From: Lepidodermella squamata
Lineage: Eukaryota; Animalia; Gastrotricha
DNA: 64,000 bases
Reading direction: 5' to 3'
Assembly: GCA_047495785.1 (NCBI GenBank)
Contig: JBLDXI010000054.1
Location: 3,596,001-3,660,000, forward strand
The translations under genes and the position numbers were made by a program. Position 1 is the first letter of the stretch. Each line of letters starts with the position of its first letter. Shown one piece after another: positions 47,722-60,068 of the stretch. The notes under the pieces are model-generated. The model was not told where the DNA came from, made no database searches, and saw only the letters and a list, made by a program, of their open reading frames with translations.

Positions 47722-48524
47722 TGCGATATTTTTAAATCGGCAACAAAAAATGTTTTACTGGGCGCCAATTTTACTGCATCAAATACTTAGCGACGCAATT
47801 TGCAAGGTTATGCGATCAATAAATTTTGTCGGAGCTTTTACACATACTTGGAGAAACTAATAGCTATTTCCTACCTCATTCGATTGAATAGGTGAGTCGA
47901 TTTTGGTATGCAATAATAATCGGAAGCGGATAAAATAAGAACAGGAAATTGAAATACATTTTCCCCTCAATTGAAAAAATGATCTGAATTTTTAATGAGG
48001 ACGAATTTGATTTGATAGCTTATAATAAATTATTTAGTAGCCCTGAAATTTTTGAATCTGTGTAGCTGCCGCGCTTAGGGAAAATTGGTGCGTTGGCCTG
48101 CGTTGGTGAGCTTGGTAAAATCGCCAAATTATTATATACTGTTCGCATTAGGCCCGCGCTATAATTTGGGGATGCTCGAGGCGAGATTTTCCCCGCCAAA
48201 AAAATCACCGAATGAGCCAAATCGATTCGTACGGAGTTAAATGCCTGCTATTGCATACAGCATATATACTAACTCGGTGCGGTCGGCTTAATAAGAGAGC
48301 ACTGCGATATTTTTGTTCTTTAATTATCTTTTCCGAGGTCCCATTAGGACCCTGTCACTCATTGCATCGATTGAGCATCGGGCGATGCCTATGAGTATCT
48401 ATTGCTTTTTGCATTCGATAATTATTATAATTTTATTTAGCCAACAACAGCGTGAAGTTTACAAATATACGCAACGTCTAAAAGCGTTCGATAGTGACTA
48501 GAGGTCATTCCTTAGATTTGTCTT

Positions 48525-49832
48525 TTAAGACTCATTGTCGTGAGCTGTGATCATCAAATAGAATATAGCTGAATCAGCTATAATGTTAACAAGTACGACG
48601 ATGGAGAAAAATACGATATCAACAAATTCAATCAGGCCTATTTCAAGCTTTCTGTTCTGCTTACATAACAGCCCGCACAATGACAGACGGCAGGTCTTTA
48701 TCCCATCCATTTCCACCAACCTATTGCCGATCAAGGTGAAAATGGTACAGACGACTGCAGTCGCAGATTTTCCAAGTAAAAACAGAAATATATAAGGTGT
48801 GTCGGCATACACGGGCATCTTATCACTCAGAGAGGTCTGAAGAACCATGACTGAAAGCAGTACGGTTGTGCAATAGATCGGCCGATCAGGGTGGCCGGCT
48901 GGCATGATTCCGGCGACGAGGAGAAGCAAAACAAGGAAATAACCCGGTACAAATACCGTTACCATGTAGACCTTATAATTTCGTTGAAATCTCACGTTGA
49001 AATCCACGCGGTCGTAGTACAGGCCATATTTTCCAAGCACTTGCTGGCTGGTGGTGTATACTTTTGTGATGAGCCAAAGGCCACCTGGCTCATTGAATTC
49101 AGTCCAGTTATGAATGAAGAAACTATCAGCTGGATCTAAGATCAGGCGTTGAGTTGTATTAGGATCAGAAGATTGGTAGGCGAAATAGCATGTCTGTCTG
49201 TCAAACGGAAACGACTTCATTCTGAAACCACGAAAAGTCATGGTAATGATCTTAAGTCTTAAGCAATATTCAACATACTCAACTGTACAATCAGCATTGA
49301 GTATTGAGTTGATCTTCCAGTCAATGTAGCCTTTATTTATTGCCACTTCACTCCTATCCGCGTTGTCCGCAAAGAACGAAGATTCCTGGATAGCATCTAA
49401 GGGGTACAATTTAGGCAGCCAGAAGTTGTTGGCTCTATCACGGAGTTCAACCCCAACGGGATAGGATTCATAAGATTCCATGAGATTTATCAAACACGGG
49501 TGTTCCCACCGCAATTCTATCGTCCCTTTCACGGAAAAGCCATAATCGTCGATGTCGCGAAATTTAGTGAGGATCAGGTTGACATGGACTTCAACGGGGT
49601 CGGTTAAGAACCATGTTCCATTTTTGCTGTCCATGTCCATCGAATGTGATTTGAACGGTATTAATGTAACATCGTCCAAGTAACAATCTTTAATGATTGA
49701 TGCTTTGAACGACACTAACTTTGCCGAAAAGCTGTTCCAATTATTCACGACTTTTTCAGTTGACAGCACTAGATGCCACGCTGGAGAAAATATTAATATC
49801 CCAGATATGAAACAGCGCCTGGAATCCCCCAT
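48525..49832 (-). CDS. Divergent Cys-loop ligand-gated ion channel subunit, copy 1
   Basis: Signal peptide, WLPK loop A, C-x13-C Cys-loop (CTVE|MKSFPFDRQTC, split by a stop-free 57-nt intron), four TM helices, M2 TVLLS. Confidence 0.9.
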   Translation of the reverse strand: MGDSRRCFISGILIFSPAWHLVLSTEKVVNNWNSFSAKLVSFKASIIKDCYLDDVTLIPFKSHSMDMDSKNGTWFLTDPVEVHVNLILTKFRDIDDYGFSVKGTIELRWEHPCLINLMESYESYPVGVELRDRANNFWLPKLYPLDAIQESSFFADNADRSEVAINKGYIDWKINSILNADCTVEYVEYCLRLKIITMTFRGFRMKSFPFDRQTCYFAYQSSDPNTTQRLILDPADSFFIHNWTEFNEPGGLWLITKVYTTSQQVLGKYGLYYDRVDFNVRFQRNYKVYMVTVFVPGYFLVLLLLVAGIMPAGHPDRPIYCTTVLLSVMVLQTSLSDKMPVYADTPYIFLFLLGKSATAVVCTIFTLIGNRLVEMDGIKTCRLSLCGLLCKQNRKLEIGLIEFVDIVFFSIVVLVNIIADSAIFYLMITAHDNES

Positions 49833-50667
49833 TTTTGAACTGTTTATATATGTATAGTACTATATTTAAAAAGGATACGCCAGACGGGTATTATTTAAGG
49901 TTCCTTGGATTGCCGAAGATGCTGATCAATCCTTTGCTAGAAACTTTGATGTGTAGGAGTAGGATGCAGTGTTATTTGCTCAAAGAGATTCGTATTATTT
50001 TGATATGGTACAGTGCGAAAGCGGAAGCTGGAAATTCCAAGTAAACTCAACAGGCTAGAGGAGCTGCCATGAAACTTGTTTGGTGATGGGAGCTCAACAT
50101 TATTTATAGCCTATATTAAATGTGAGCGAAATCGTTGAAATCGATACAGCTTGTCAAAAGTTCTTTGTGCTGTATTTATTGTTTTTACTTCGTCAAAACC
50201 ATAGAGCTAGTTTTAAAAGTCAAAACACTAAATCGTCGGCTCAGATAATACGAAATGGTAATACGTGAAAACACGCCTGAACAAGATCATTACTTAACCA
50301 CGGCAGTGGCCATGAAATAGATTACTGCAGCGTCTGCTTTGACGATGATTAACGAGACAGGGGAGAAAAATAAAATAACAATATCAAGGATGTCGTTCGA
50401 AACTGACGGAAATAGCCAGCTGTACCTAAAGCAAAAGGACAGGCAGCTTTCTGCAAAAGGTCCTGCACTTTATTTAGCGAAGCAAAATCGGCAAATTCAC
50501 TCAAAAAAATTAGCAGGTCAGATTCTTCCCACGTATGAAGCGAGCCATAAATCGGACAGTGCGGAATGTGGCATTTCAATTAACAGTTTTCTTTCCCGCG
50601 TCTGGCCGTGTGCACCCTTCCGGGCTTTAAAGAAGACAAACCCTGAAAATTCTGATAGCTTTACTTA

Positions 50668-50899
50668 CCGTAAAGCGGTACAATTTTGAACAAGTACAAA
50701 GTTGAACATTTTTTCAAAAGTACAATTTTGAACGAACGTTTGCATTGAAAATTTCGTTAATGTTCAAAATTGTACTTCACACTCACGAAAGTACAATTGT
50801 GAACACTTTCATTTTTTTCAATGCAAACGTTCGTTCAAAATTGTACTTTTGAAAAAATGTTCAAAGTTGTACCCTGTTCAAAATTGTACCGCTCTACGG
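50668..50899. mobile_element. Palindromic MITE with CCGTA termini and TA target duplication (Tc1/mariner-pogo type)
   Basis: TA|CCGTAAAGCGGTACAATTTTGAACA ... TGTTCAAAATTGTACCGCTCTACGG|TA; internal repeats of GTACAATTTTGAAC. Confidence 0.85.
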
Positions 50900-51012
50900 T
50901 ATAGCTAACAACTTCGAATCACAAGAGGATCACAAGAGGAAAGAATGAAAGGAATCGCAGCGGCATAATCGACGTTCGCGACTCCTTCAAATGCCATGCC
51001 TCAGATTCTGCT

Positions 51013-52310
51013 TCATGGCTTCTCACTGTCATAAGCTGTAATCATGAAATAAAATATAGCTGTATCGGCGGACACGTTAACTACTGCGACTACAGAGAAA
51101 AACACGATATCAATCATTTCAATAAGGCCCAGTTCTATTTTTTTGCCCAATGCCCGCGATGACCAGCACAATTTCAGACGGCAGCTCTTTATCGCTTCCT
51201 TCTCCAAAATTCTGTTGCCGATCAAGGTGAATAGCGTACACACGACTGCGGTCGCTGATTTGCCGAGAAGAAACAGGAAAATATATGGCGTGTCAGCGTA
51301 AACTGGCATCCTATCAGTCAGAGAGGTCTGAAGAACTATCACCGAGAGTAGGACAGTTGTGCAGTAGATCGGGCGATCAGGGCGGCCGGCAGGCATGACA
51401 CCGGCAGCAAGAAGAAGGAAAACCAGAAAGTAACCCGGTAGGAAAACCGTTACCATGTAGACCTTGTAGTTGCGTTGAAACCGCACGTTGAAATCCACTC
51501 GGTCATAGTACAGGCCATCATCGCCTAACACCTGCCTGGTAGAAGTGTATACGTTTTTAATCAGCCAAAGACCTCCCGGTTCATTAAACTCGGTCCAATT
51601 CCGAATGTTGAAAGCATGGGCTGGGTCTGGGATCAGGCGCTGAGTTGTGTTGGGATCTGAGGATTGGTAAGCAAAGTAGCATGTTTGCCTGTCGAACGGG
51701 AACGGCTTCACTCTGAAATGAAGGAAAGGTTTATAGTTGACTTCAAAGAATGTCTGCCATACTCAATGGTGCAGTCAGAATTCAGGATGGAATTCACCCT
51801 CCACTCAATGTAACCATTTTTTATCGTTACTTCGCTCCTATCCGCTCGGTCAAGGAAGAAGGAAGCTTCTTGAACAGCATCCAAAGGGTAGAGCTTTGGC
51901 ACCCAGATACTGCTAGCCTTTTCTCGTAATTCGACGCCTGTTGGAAAAGTTTCCGAGGGTTGCATAACGCCTTTTAAACACGGATGATCCCATTGCAATT
52001 TTATAGTTCCTTTAACCGAAAAGCCGTACTCATTGACGTCGCGAAATTTACTGAAAAAGAGGTTGATGCGGATCTCAACGGGGTCGGGCGAGCAATTAGT
52101 TCCATTCTCGCAATTCATGGTCATTGTGTAAGCTTTGAAAGGAATCAAAGTCACATCATCCAAGTAACACTGTTTTATAATTGAGGCTTTGAGAGAGGCC
52201 AATTCGGTTGAAAAGCTTTTCCAATCCCCGATTATTTCGTCCGAACTCTGTTGCCACGTTGGGGAAAACAATAATATAAGCGATACGAAACGCGACAACC
52301 TTGATTTCAT
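51013..52310 (-). CDS. Divergent Cys-loop channel subunit, copy 2
   Basis: Same two-exon structure and motifs as copy 1. Confidence 0.9.
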
Positions 52311-53359
52311 TGTGCTAACTACACGAATAAAAAATGTGTAGTAAGCCAAGTTTTAAGGGGTCTCGGACACAAGCTCAAACAAAGTTGGACAAAAGTGAGT
52401 TTCGATAGCGTGTAATCAGTCACCGAGCAATGAAGCTCAACAACTACGCCAACTCGCTTTCGATGTAAAGTGAAGCTCAAAACACCTAATATGCGTATAG
52501 CTTTTCTCTGAATAGACGAATTCCATCAAAGAGAAAGTATGAACCAAATAGTGGGAACAAAAATGCAATCGCCCTCTGTTGCTTAGAGATATACAAATTA
52601 CAAATCGTTGAATGATGGACAGGCGACCGAGGTTCGAACCTCATCTCGTTCAATACTTTCTTAGTCTACAGGAGACCTCCTAAAACATTGGTTAACTACA
52701 AATACAAAAACATTAGAGTTTGGGAACGTTTAAAAATGCAATAGTAATAAGGAATAAAGCCGTGCAATTTTTTCGTGTTATGCGCAATGAAATGACTGTT
52801 ATGCGCACCGCTTACTTTTTTGATATCCATTCATATGGTTTTTTGCTGCGTAAATCGATTCGCTTGTCGATGACTGAAGAGAAAAGTCGAGTGGTTCAAA
52901 TTTTGAGTGCTATATTATAACCGAATTTCCGGCAGAATTAATCATGGGAATTTAAAAAGCACGGTATAAATAACGTCTATAGCGCATTTGTCGTTTACGC
53001 AAATTTAGTTCGTCAATGCCCACCGACAAAGCTTTACTACAAGGCCCAAGTAATGTTCTCCTCTCGAATTACTCGAACAAAAAACCTTTCAATTCTTCTG
53101 TAAAGCTTTCTGATCCCTTGAAGCATGCTTGCAGAACCAGGTTTAAGGCGTCCCCGTCGGAACATAAACAATGGAAACGTTGACATATATGTATTTTCTC
53201 TGCTAATGTAAATGTAAATGTACTGTGTGGAAGGCTCACATTTTTATGCAATTTGCATTGCCATGAACATTCACAAATTTAACAAATTTAACAAAAATTG
53301 GGTATTCACGAGTAAATATCAAATGAGTATAAAGCAGAGCTGGAAAACATGCAAAATTT

Positions 53360-54130
53360 CCTGGGAACGTCGATGCGTGTCTGATCCACAAGCTCTCCCT
53401 GCTGCCGCTGTCGCAAAACCTTGTTGACTGGATGGCCGACTACTTACGCGATCGCCGCCTCCAGGCCCGTGTCGCCGGATCCCTCAGTCATACTCATACT
53501 CATTTTTATTTGCAAATCGTAATGAACAGTTAGCAAATGGTAAATTTCAATGATCAGCAAGTATGTGATTTCGAGGCGCCTCACCGCAGATGTTACATGT
53601 TTATCAAATAGAGCAGAATTATGTTTAATATAGTTGCAGAACACTTGATGAGAATTATTTACGACAACAGAAGACAGACGGTTCCACGCAGCACGAACAC
53701 GCCTAGAGATGCAGAATTTATAGCTTAGGTTATTTCTACACGCGCTCATCTTCACAGAGTGAGGAGGTAGGCGAGAATCCCGGCAGATTTCAAAGAAATC
53801 AGAGAAACCAATGTCAACTAATCCCTGATACATTTTATGCATCAAAATCAAATCATGTTGGAGGCGGCGAACTTCAAGCGTCGTTAAGCCCAGTTTTTTC
53901 AGACGATCTTCGTAAGAGGCACCTTCGACCGATTCGACAGGTTACGGTTAATTGCGGTGTCCCACAGGGTTCCCCGCTCTCTCCGCATTTGTACACTGCC
54001 AACCTTCTCTCGACGCCCAGTGTCAATGGTGCCCTGCTCCTGGCTTACGCCGACGATCTTACCGTCGTAAACGAAGGGCGGTCTGTCAAAGCGGCGCAAC
54101 GCTGTACGCAGCTTGAACATATCCGGGTTT
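53360..54130 (+). mobile_element. Non-LTR retrotransposon reverse-transcriptase relic, interrupted by another LINE
   Basis: LIHKLSLLPLSQNLVDWMADYLRDRRLQARVAGSLS (to ~53490) resumes as VTVNCGVPQGSPLSPHLY...LLAYADDLTV (from ~53940). Confidence 0.82.
53487..53935 (-). mobile_element. 5'-truncated CR1-type LINE 3' end
   Basis: SYEDRLKKLGLTTLEVRRLQHDLILMHKM...RVRAAWNRL (CR1 ORF2 C-terminus), then AATAAA and an (ATGAGT)3-like tail. Confidence 0.82.
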
Positions 54131-54799
54131 TTCCGGCGTGCCCTGCACACCCCTGGTATTTCACGTCATTGGCGGCGGACGTTGTACCTCACGCTGAGCC
54201 ATTCGATCTGGTCGTTCGGCAATATCTACGTCTCCTCCGCGTCGAAACAGCAGCTGCGGCGGCTCTCTGTCAACTCAACAGGCTACAGAAGAGCTGTCAT
54301 GAAACGTGTTTGGTGATTGAAGCTCATCATTATTTATAGCCTATAGCCTGAGCTTAGGTACGCAATTGGAGGCGAACCGGTATTTATTACTTTTACTTAT
54401 TAAAACACTAAATCCCCGGCTCATACCCCTAAAACATTCTACGGGTGTTTTCGCTTTTAATTTGGAATACCTAACCTTAAAATAATCCTGAACAACTTCG
54501 GTTAAAAATATCAGAAAAACAAGTTTAACCCCAACTGGCAATTTGTTAAGAGTTGTTAATTTGTTCAGGGATTTTTAGCTTGCTTCATATTGATGGCGAA
54601 ACAACCGGAGGATACTTCGATTAGGACCTACATCGGGATATTTCGTTCGGGCGTCTGCCCCTTTTGAGCTACAAGGAAATAAAACGATAGCTTATTTACT
54701 AGCTGACATCGAAAAAGTCAGGCGAAGGAAGAATCATAAGAAATCATGGCGGCAATCAGCCTTGAGACTTCTACAAATGCCATGCATCGGATTCTTGAC

Positions 54800-56092
54800 T
54801 CAAGACTTCTCACTGTCATAGGCTGTGACCATGAAATAGAATAAAGCTGAATCAACCATCACGTTAACTACAGTGACTGCAGAGAAAAACACGATATCAA
54901 TCATTTCAATAAGACCGAGTTCCAGTTTTTTATCCCACGTTCGTGATAACCAGCATAATGTCAGATTGCAGTTCTTTATCGCTTCCTTCTCCACAATTCT
55001 GTTACCGATGAGGGTGAAAAGCGTACAGACGACTGCAGTTGCAGATTTGCCGAGTAAGAACATGAATATATATGGCGTGTCAGCGTAAACAGGCATCCTA
55101 TCAGTCAGAGAGGTCTGAAGAACTATCACCGAGAGTAGGACAGTTGTGCAGTAGATCGGGCGATCAGGGCGGCCGGCGGGCATGACACCGGCAACAAGCA
55201 GAAGAAAAACCAGAAAGTAACCCGGTATGAAAACCGTTACCATGTAGACCTTATAATTGCGTTGAAACCTCACGTTGAAATCCACTCGGTCGTAGTACAG
55301 GCCATCATCGCCTAACACCTGCCTGGTAGAAGTGTATACGTTTTTTATCAGCCAAAGACCTCCGGGCTCATTGAACTCGGTCCAATTCCGAATGCTGAAA
55401 TCATCGCCTGGGTCGGGGATTAGGCGTTGAGTTGTGTTGGGGTCAGAAGACTGGTAAGCAAAGTAGCATGTCTGCCTGTCAAACGGGAACGGCTTCACTC
55501 TGAAAGTAGTGAAAATTAATGTCTTGATTTCAAGCGATTTTTAAAAACCAAACTCAATAGTGCAATCAGAAGTTAGGATCGCGTTCACCCTCCACTCGAT
55601 GTAACCATTCCTTATCGTCACTTCGCTCCTATCCGCTCGGTCAGAGAAGAAGGAAGCTTCTAGAACAGCATCTAGAGGGTAGAGCTTGGGAACCCAGATA
55701 CTGCTAGCTTTTTCTTTTAATTCGACGCCAGCTGGAAAAGTTTGCATAACGCTTTTCAAACACGGATGATCCCATTGCAATTTTACGGTTCCTTTCACCG
55801 AAAACCCATACTCGTTGACGTCGCGAAATTTACTGAAAAAGAGGTTGATGCGGATCTCGACAGGATCGGCTGAGCAATTTGTTCCATTTTCGCAATCCAC
55901 GTTCATTGTGTATGCTTTGAAAGGTATTAAGGTGACATCGCCCAAGTAACATTGTTTTATAATTGATGCTTTGAGAGAGACCAATGTAGATGAAAAGCTT
56001 CTCCAATCCTCGACTTTCATGTCTGAACTCTGTTGCCATGTTGGAGAAAATAATAATATAACCGATATGAAACACCAGCAACTGGATTTCAT
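54800..56092 (-). CDS. Divergent Cys-loop channel subunit, copy 3
   Basis: Same two-exon structure and motifs; closest to copy 2. Confidence 0.9.
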
Positions 56093-56848
56093 GATGCTAA
56101 CTACACGAATGAAAAAATGAATCCACTACAGATGGTTGATTGCAGCTGGCTTGGATCAAGCTCTAGCTGGGAATTTGATACTATTGAATAGGACATTGTG
56201 TTTACATTGCCTAGAACTCAAACTTGGCTAGAGAGTGAAAAAGCGGAAGCTGAAAATTTCATTTAAACTCAGCAGGTGTTCATAAATAATGGTTTACCAG
56301 ACCTTTTTTTATATCAATTTATACTGTTGCAGCTAGGTAAATCGATTCGCTTGACGAAGAGTGAGGCGAAAAGTCGAGTGGTTCAAATTTGGAGTGCCAT
56401 ATTATAACCCAATTTCCGCCGGCAATTAATCATGGGAGCTTGAAAAGCACGGTATAAATAACAAATGCCTATAGCGCATTTGTCGTTCGTTGATGCCCTC
56501 CGACGCAAATGTCGGGCAACATAATACCGTCAGCGACTGTCACCATGGACTGTCCTTCCCTACTTGAAGACTTCCTTTCCCAAAAAAGCTTTTACGATTC
56601 TGAAGTTAAGGCGCATACTACTCGCAGCGTCTTAAGTCTCCAGTGTCCCAGTTGTGTAATATGTAATGATGTCATGATGTGCTTACAAATTTGCAAATGA
56701 AACGGCAGAAAATAATATGCACTGAAAATTATGATATCTTTACTTAGTTAACAACAGCATAGCGATAAAAATATTAAGATAGAATCAAATGAAATAAACA
56801 GGAATCGAACTTCAAGGGTGCCAGAAATAAGATCTCTTAGGTTCCGAT

Positions 56849-58148
56849 TCATGGCTTCTCACTGTCATAAGCTGTGATCATGAAGTAAAATATAGCTGAA
56901 TCAGCTATAATATTAATTATAGTGACAAGGGAGAAAAATGCAACATCAATAAACTCAACAAGACCTATTTCTAGTTTTGTGTCTTTTCTCCGCAAAAACC
57001 AGCACAAAGACAGGCGGCAGTTCTTTACCGCTTCCTTTTCCACAATTCTGTTTCCGATCAACGTGAAAAGCGTGCAAACGACTGCAGTGGCTGATTTGCC
57101 CAACAAGAACAGGAAAATGTAAGGAGTGTCTGCATACACAGGCATCTTATCGGTCAGAGAGGTCTGAAGAACCATGACTGAAAGCAGGACGGTTGTGCAG
57201 TAGATCGGCCGATCAGGGTGGCCGGCTGGCATGATACCGGCGACGAGGAGAAGCAAAACAAGGAAATAACCCGGTAAAAATACCGTTACAGTGTAGACCT
57301 TGTAGTTGCGTTGAAACCGCACGTTGAAATCCACTCGGTCGTAGTACAAACCATCATCCCCCAGCACTTGCTTGCTGGTGGTGTAAACCTTTTTAATCAG
57401 CCAAAGTCCTCCCGGCTCATTGAACTCGGTCCAATTCCAAATACTGAAATCATCGGCTGGGTCGGGGATTAGTCGTTGGGTTGTATTGGGATCAGAAGAC
57501 TGGTATGCGAAGTAGCATGTCTGCCTGTCAAACGGGAACGGCTTCACTCTAGAAAATAGCAAATTATTCATGCCAGTTGTATTAATATAATTGAACTTAC
57601 TCTATGGTACAATCAGAAGTTAGGATCGAGTTCACCCTCCACTCGATGTAACCATTCCTTATCGTCACTTCGCTTCTGTCAGCTCTGTCCGCAAAAAATG
57701 ATGCTTCTTGAACAGCATCCAATGGGTACAATTTTGGCAGCCAGTAACTGCTGGCCTTGTCGCGAACTGCTACCCCAGCTGGATAGGTTCCGGGTTGTTG
57801 CATGACGTTTTTCAAACACGGATGATCCCATTGCAATTTTACGGTTCCTTTAACCGAAAAGCCGTACTCATTGACGTCGCGAAATTTACTGAAAAATAGG
57901 TTGATACGGATCTCAATGGGGTCGGGCGAGCAATTTGTTCCATTTTCGCAATTCATGGTCATTGTGTATGCTTTGAAAGGCATCAAAGTCACATCATCCA
58001 AGTAACAATCTTTTATAATTGTTGCTTTTAAGGCGGCCAACTCGTTCGAAAAGCTTTTCCAGTTTTGGACCTGGTCCGTCATCAGTCGTTGTTGCCATGT
58101 TGCTGGCGAAAACAACAAAATCGCTGCAATAAAACCGCGGCAGCTCAT
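56849..58148 (-). CDS. Divergent Cys-loop channel subunit, copy 4
   Basis: Same two-exon structure and motifs. Confidence 0.9.
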
Positions 58149-58759
58149 TTGTGAACTAAGTTTGAGAACAATAGAATAGTTTCTTCAAAACTTTCTTCGA
58201 TGGGGAATATTTTCTTAGATTTTGGGCGTAACAGATAACTAAGCAAACAATCAATTGAATACATAAACAGGATGAAATGTTTGCTCAATTTTCCTGTCAA
58301 GATATATTCACAAAATACTCTTGAAGAGAACAATTTGATGACAGGGTGGGAACGAATGCATATCCCACTGAAAATAATTGCCGTTCGATTCATTTGACTA
58401 GACACTGTAATGAGAAATGTTTGAAGTCGACGAGAACTCAAAGCTCAATTTATCTGCTAGCCGGAAATGAGAGATTTCTCGATAATCGATAACTCCCAGG
58501 TGTTATACCTCGATACTCTGCTGTCTTCGTTTTAGATGGATTGGAGTCATCATTAAAGAAATCAATTCATTCCAGCCATTTATAATGAGCAAACCGTTGA
58601 ACAACTTTCATTTTTATTTGTTGCCATTACTCCACCGCTCATTAAAGGTTCCGTTTTGATTTGGTAAATTTTTCATATAATTCATAACGTACGCAACGAC
58701 AGCGTCAATTTGATGCAAAGCGAAATGAGTGTTATAGTATAGAATTCTCGCTTCTCGCT

Positions 58760-60068
58760 TCAGGGTTTCTCAGAATCATAAGCAGTTACCATGTAATAGA
58801 AAATAGCGGCATCTACAATTATGTTGATTAAGGAGACAACCGCGAAAAATAAGATATCTATGAACTCAATCAAGCCTAGCTCTAATTTATCAAGTGAGCC
58901 TGGTCGAAGCATCCAGCTAAAAGATAAACGGTGGCATTTAATAGTTTCTACTTCCACCAGCCTGTTACCGACCAGTGTGAAAATGGAACAAACGACGGCA
59001 GTTGCCGATTTGCCGAGTAAGAACATGAATATGTAAGGCGTATCGGCATAGACAGGCATCTTATCAGTCAGAGAGGTCTGAAGAACCATCACTGAGAGAA
59101 GGACAGTTGTGCAGTAGATAGGTCGATCTGGATGGCCCGCGGGCATGATTCCAGCTACAAGAAGGAGGAACACGAGAAAATAGGCTGGTACAAACACTGT
59201 AAAAGTGTAAATCCTGTAGTTACGCTGAAATCTCAAGTTGAAATCCACTCTGTCGTAGTACAGGCCATCATTTCCAAGCACTTGCCGACTGGTAGTGTAA
59301 ACCTTTGTTAGCAGCCAAAGACCCCCAGGTTCATTGAATTCCGACCAATTTCTGATGATAAAATTGTCAGATGGATCCAAGATCAGGCGCTGAGTTGTGT
59401 TCGGATCTGAAGATTGGTAAGCAAAGTAACATGTCTGCCTGTCAAATGGAAACGGCTTCACTCTGCAAAATAAGGAGAGGTTTAGGATCGGCGTTAAAGA
59501 ACATCTTTTCATACTCAATGGTGCAATCAGATGTTAGAATTGAATTGATCCTCCATTGGATGTCGCCGTTTTTGATTGTCACTTCAGTCCTGTCCGCTCT
59601 GTCCGCAAAGAAAGACGATTCTTGAACAGCATCTAGCGGATAAAGCTTGGGCACCCAGATAGTGCCAGCTTTTTCTCGCAATTCGACCCCGGCAGGAAAA
59701 GATTCCGGAGGTTGCATAGCGTTTTTCAGGCAAGGATGTTCCCATCGTAATTTTATCATCCCTTTCGCCGAAAATCCATACTCGTCAATGTTACGAAAGT
59801 TGTTCAGGACTAGATTCATGCGAACCTCAACGGGATCAGGTGAGCAATTCGATGCGTTATTGCAATCCTTGTTTGTTATGGTGGCTGGAATCAGGTTAAA
59901 ATCGTCCAATCGGCATTCCTTCATCATTTGATCCTTGTATTGGGCTAATTCGGTCGAGAAACTGCCCCAATTGTCCGCCTGCTCCGTCATTATTCGCTGC
60001 TGCCATGTTATTAGAGGAAAGAGAAAAACGAGGATGATAAAATTGGGGGTAAATTTAATCGGCTGCAT
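58760..60068 (-). CDS. Divergent Cys-loop channel subunit, copy 5
   Basis: Same two-exon structure and motifs. Confidence 0.9.

Noticed and set aside
52605-52655. tRNA-like GGTTCGAACC B-box
   Set aside because: No cloverleaf, D arm or anticodon arm; at most a SINE/tRNA remnant.
53487-54130. Twin-priming 5' inversion of one LINE
   Set aside because: The plus-strand RT continues on both sides of the minus-strand piece, so it is a nested insertion.
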